Source of the DNA: an uncultured Gammaproteobacteria bacterium
Lineage (GTDB): Bacteria; Patescibacteriota; Patescibacteriia; UBA9570; JBBTWU01
Direction: 5' to 3'
Length of the DNA: 64,000 bases
Assembly (NCBI GenBank): GCA_964364425.1
Contig: CAYIMB010000001.1
Location: forward strand, 6,941 to 70,940
Shown: positions 63,282 through 64,000 of the stretch, piece after piece
How the letters are laid out: each line of letters begins with the position of its first letter
How positions within the stretch are numbered: position 1 is the first letter of the stretch
The notes under the pieces: model-generated
The model's database searches: none
What the model was told of the DNA's origin: nothing
Seen by the model: only the letters and a program-made list of their open reading frames with translations
Translations under genes and position numbers: made by a program

Positions 63282-64000
63282 GACAATACTAAATCACCGC
63301 TGAGTGAAAAGGGCCGAGCTGAGCAAATTATTACGTCCACGAATGTTCCTACCAAGGCGGTTGATGCAGGAGATTCTTTTTGGTTGATACGCACAATTTT
63401 TAAACCCTCGTTTTTTCCAGTTAAGAACCCAGCCCGGTCGTACCCGTCAACTAATACGCGAATAGTTTTTCCTACAAACGTCTGGCTTTTTTCAAGGGCG
63501 GTTTGGCGCAGAACTTCAGTCAGTATTTTCCACCGTTCCTCTTTTTCTTCTTTGGGGACATTGTCTGCAAATCGACTTGAAACGGCTCCCGGGCGAGGGG
63601 AATACTTGGCAATATAGGCCATATCAAATTTAGCCGTCTTAAATACTTTTACGGTTTGTTCAAATTGTTCCCGTGTTTCACCCGGGAATCCCACAATACA
63701 ATCCGTGCTTAAGTCAGCCGTTGGTAATATGTTTCTAAACCGTTCAACCTGAGCTAAAAACTGCGCCTGCGTATACGGACGGTTCATGCGTTTGAGCACC
63801 AAGTCGTCTCCAGCTTGAAGAGGCAAGTGAATTTGGTTGGCTAATTTGGGATATTGGGCAATCACTTGCAACACCTCATCTGTCATATCTCTGGGGTGAG
63901 GTGAAGTGAAGTGGACCCAAAAGTCACCTTCGATTTTGGCCGTCTGACGCAACAACTCAGCAAAAGAAATTTCTTCACCTGGTTTATCTAAACCGTATGA
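63278..64000 (-). CDS. miaB: tRNA methylthiotransferase MiaB-like radical-SAM enzyme, C-terminal part (N-terminus lies beyond the window end)
   Basis: Radical-SAM distal half (LHLPLQAGDD...FPGET) and TRAM domain. The frame continues open to base 64000. Confidence 0.8.
   Translation of the reverse strand, partial: SYGLDKPGEEISFAELLRQTAKIEGDFWVHFTSPHPRDMTDEVLQVIAQYPKLANQIHLPLQAGDDLVLKRMNRPYTQAQFLAQVERFRNILPTADLSTDCIVGFPGETREQFEQTVKVFKTAKFDMAYIAKYSPRPGAVSSRFADNVPKEEKEERWKILTEVLRQTALEKSQTFVGKTIRVLVDGYDRAGFLTGKNEGLKIVRINQKESPASTALVGTFVDVIICSARPFSLSGDLVLS

Overview
Compact bacterial chromosome segment, mid-40s % GC by eye, standard genetic code (TGA and TAA both act as stops). Genes are tightly packed, with many 4- or 8-nt overlaps between adjacent genes. 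The housekeeping content (ileS, recO, tgt, glyQS, metG, pheST, gyrB, gatB, secE-nusG-rplK-rplA, a complete F1Fo ATP synthase operon) and two inteins suggest a reduced genome, possibly CPR/Patescibacteria-like; that is an inference from gene content, not a database result. No rRNA, tRNA or CRISPR arrays were found. Three regions stand out. (1) A six-gene minus-strand operon (23143-30464) encodes a complex I / group-4 hydrogenase-like membrane module. Its NuoB-like and NuoCD/HycE-like subunits have lost every Fe-S and Ni-Fe cysteine ligand, and no ferredoxin-like subunit is present. It is transcribed divergently from the ATP synthase operon. (2) An accessory-looking block (42221-47858) carries two paralogous small secreted proteins, one of them inside a ~350-bp island with near-100 % GC3 codons. 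They are followed by a soluble VirD4/TraG-like ATPase, a 584-aa protein built from cysteine-ladder repeats, and a 4-TM protein. (3) A ~60-nt hairpin repeat occurs twice, with compensatory base changes between copies: once in-frame inside atpG and once in the loop of the atpC terminator. Other notable items: a membrane-anchored ClpC-like unfoldase, a dcd-thyA-tmk-dut thymidylate cluster whose ThyA has a long N-terminal extension, a CarS/DUF46-like lipid enzyme, and several promoters placed 6-10 nt upstream of start codons. The ORF track uses TTG/GTG starts in places; those were moved to the nearby ATG where the sequence supports it.
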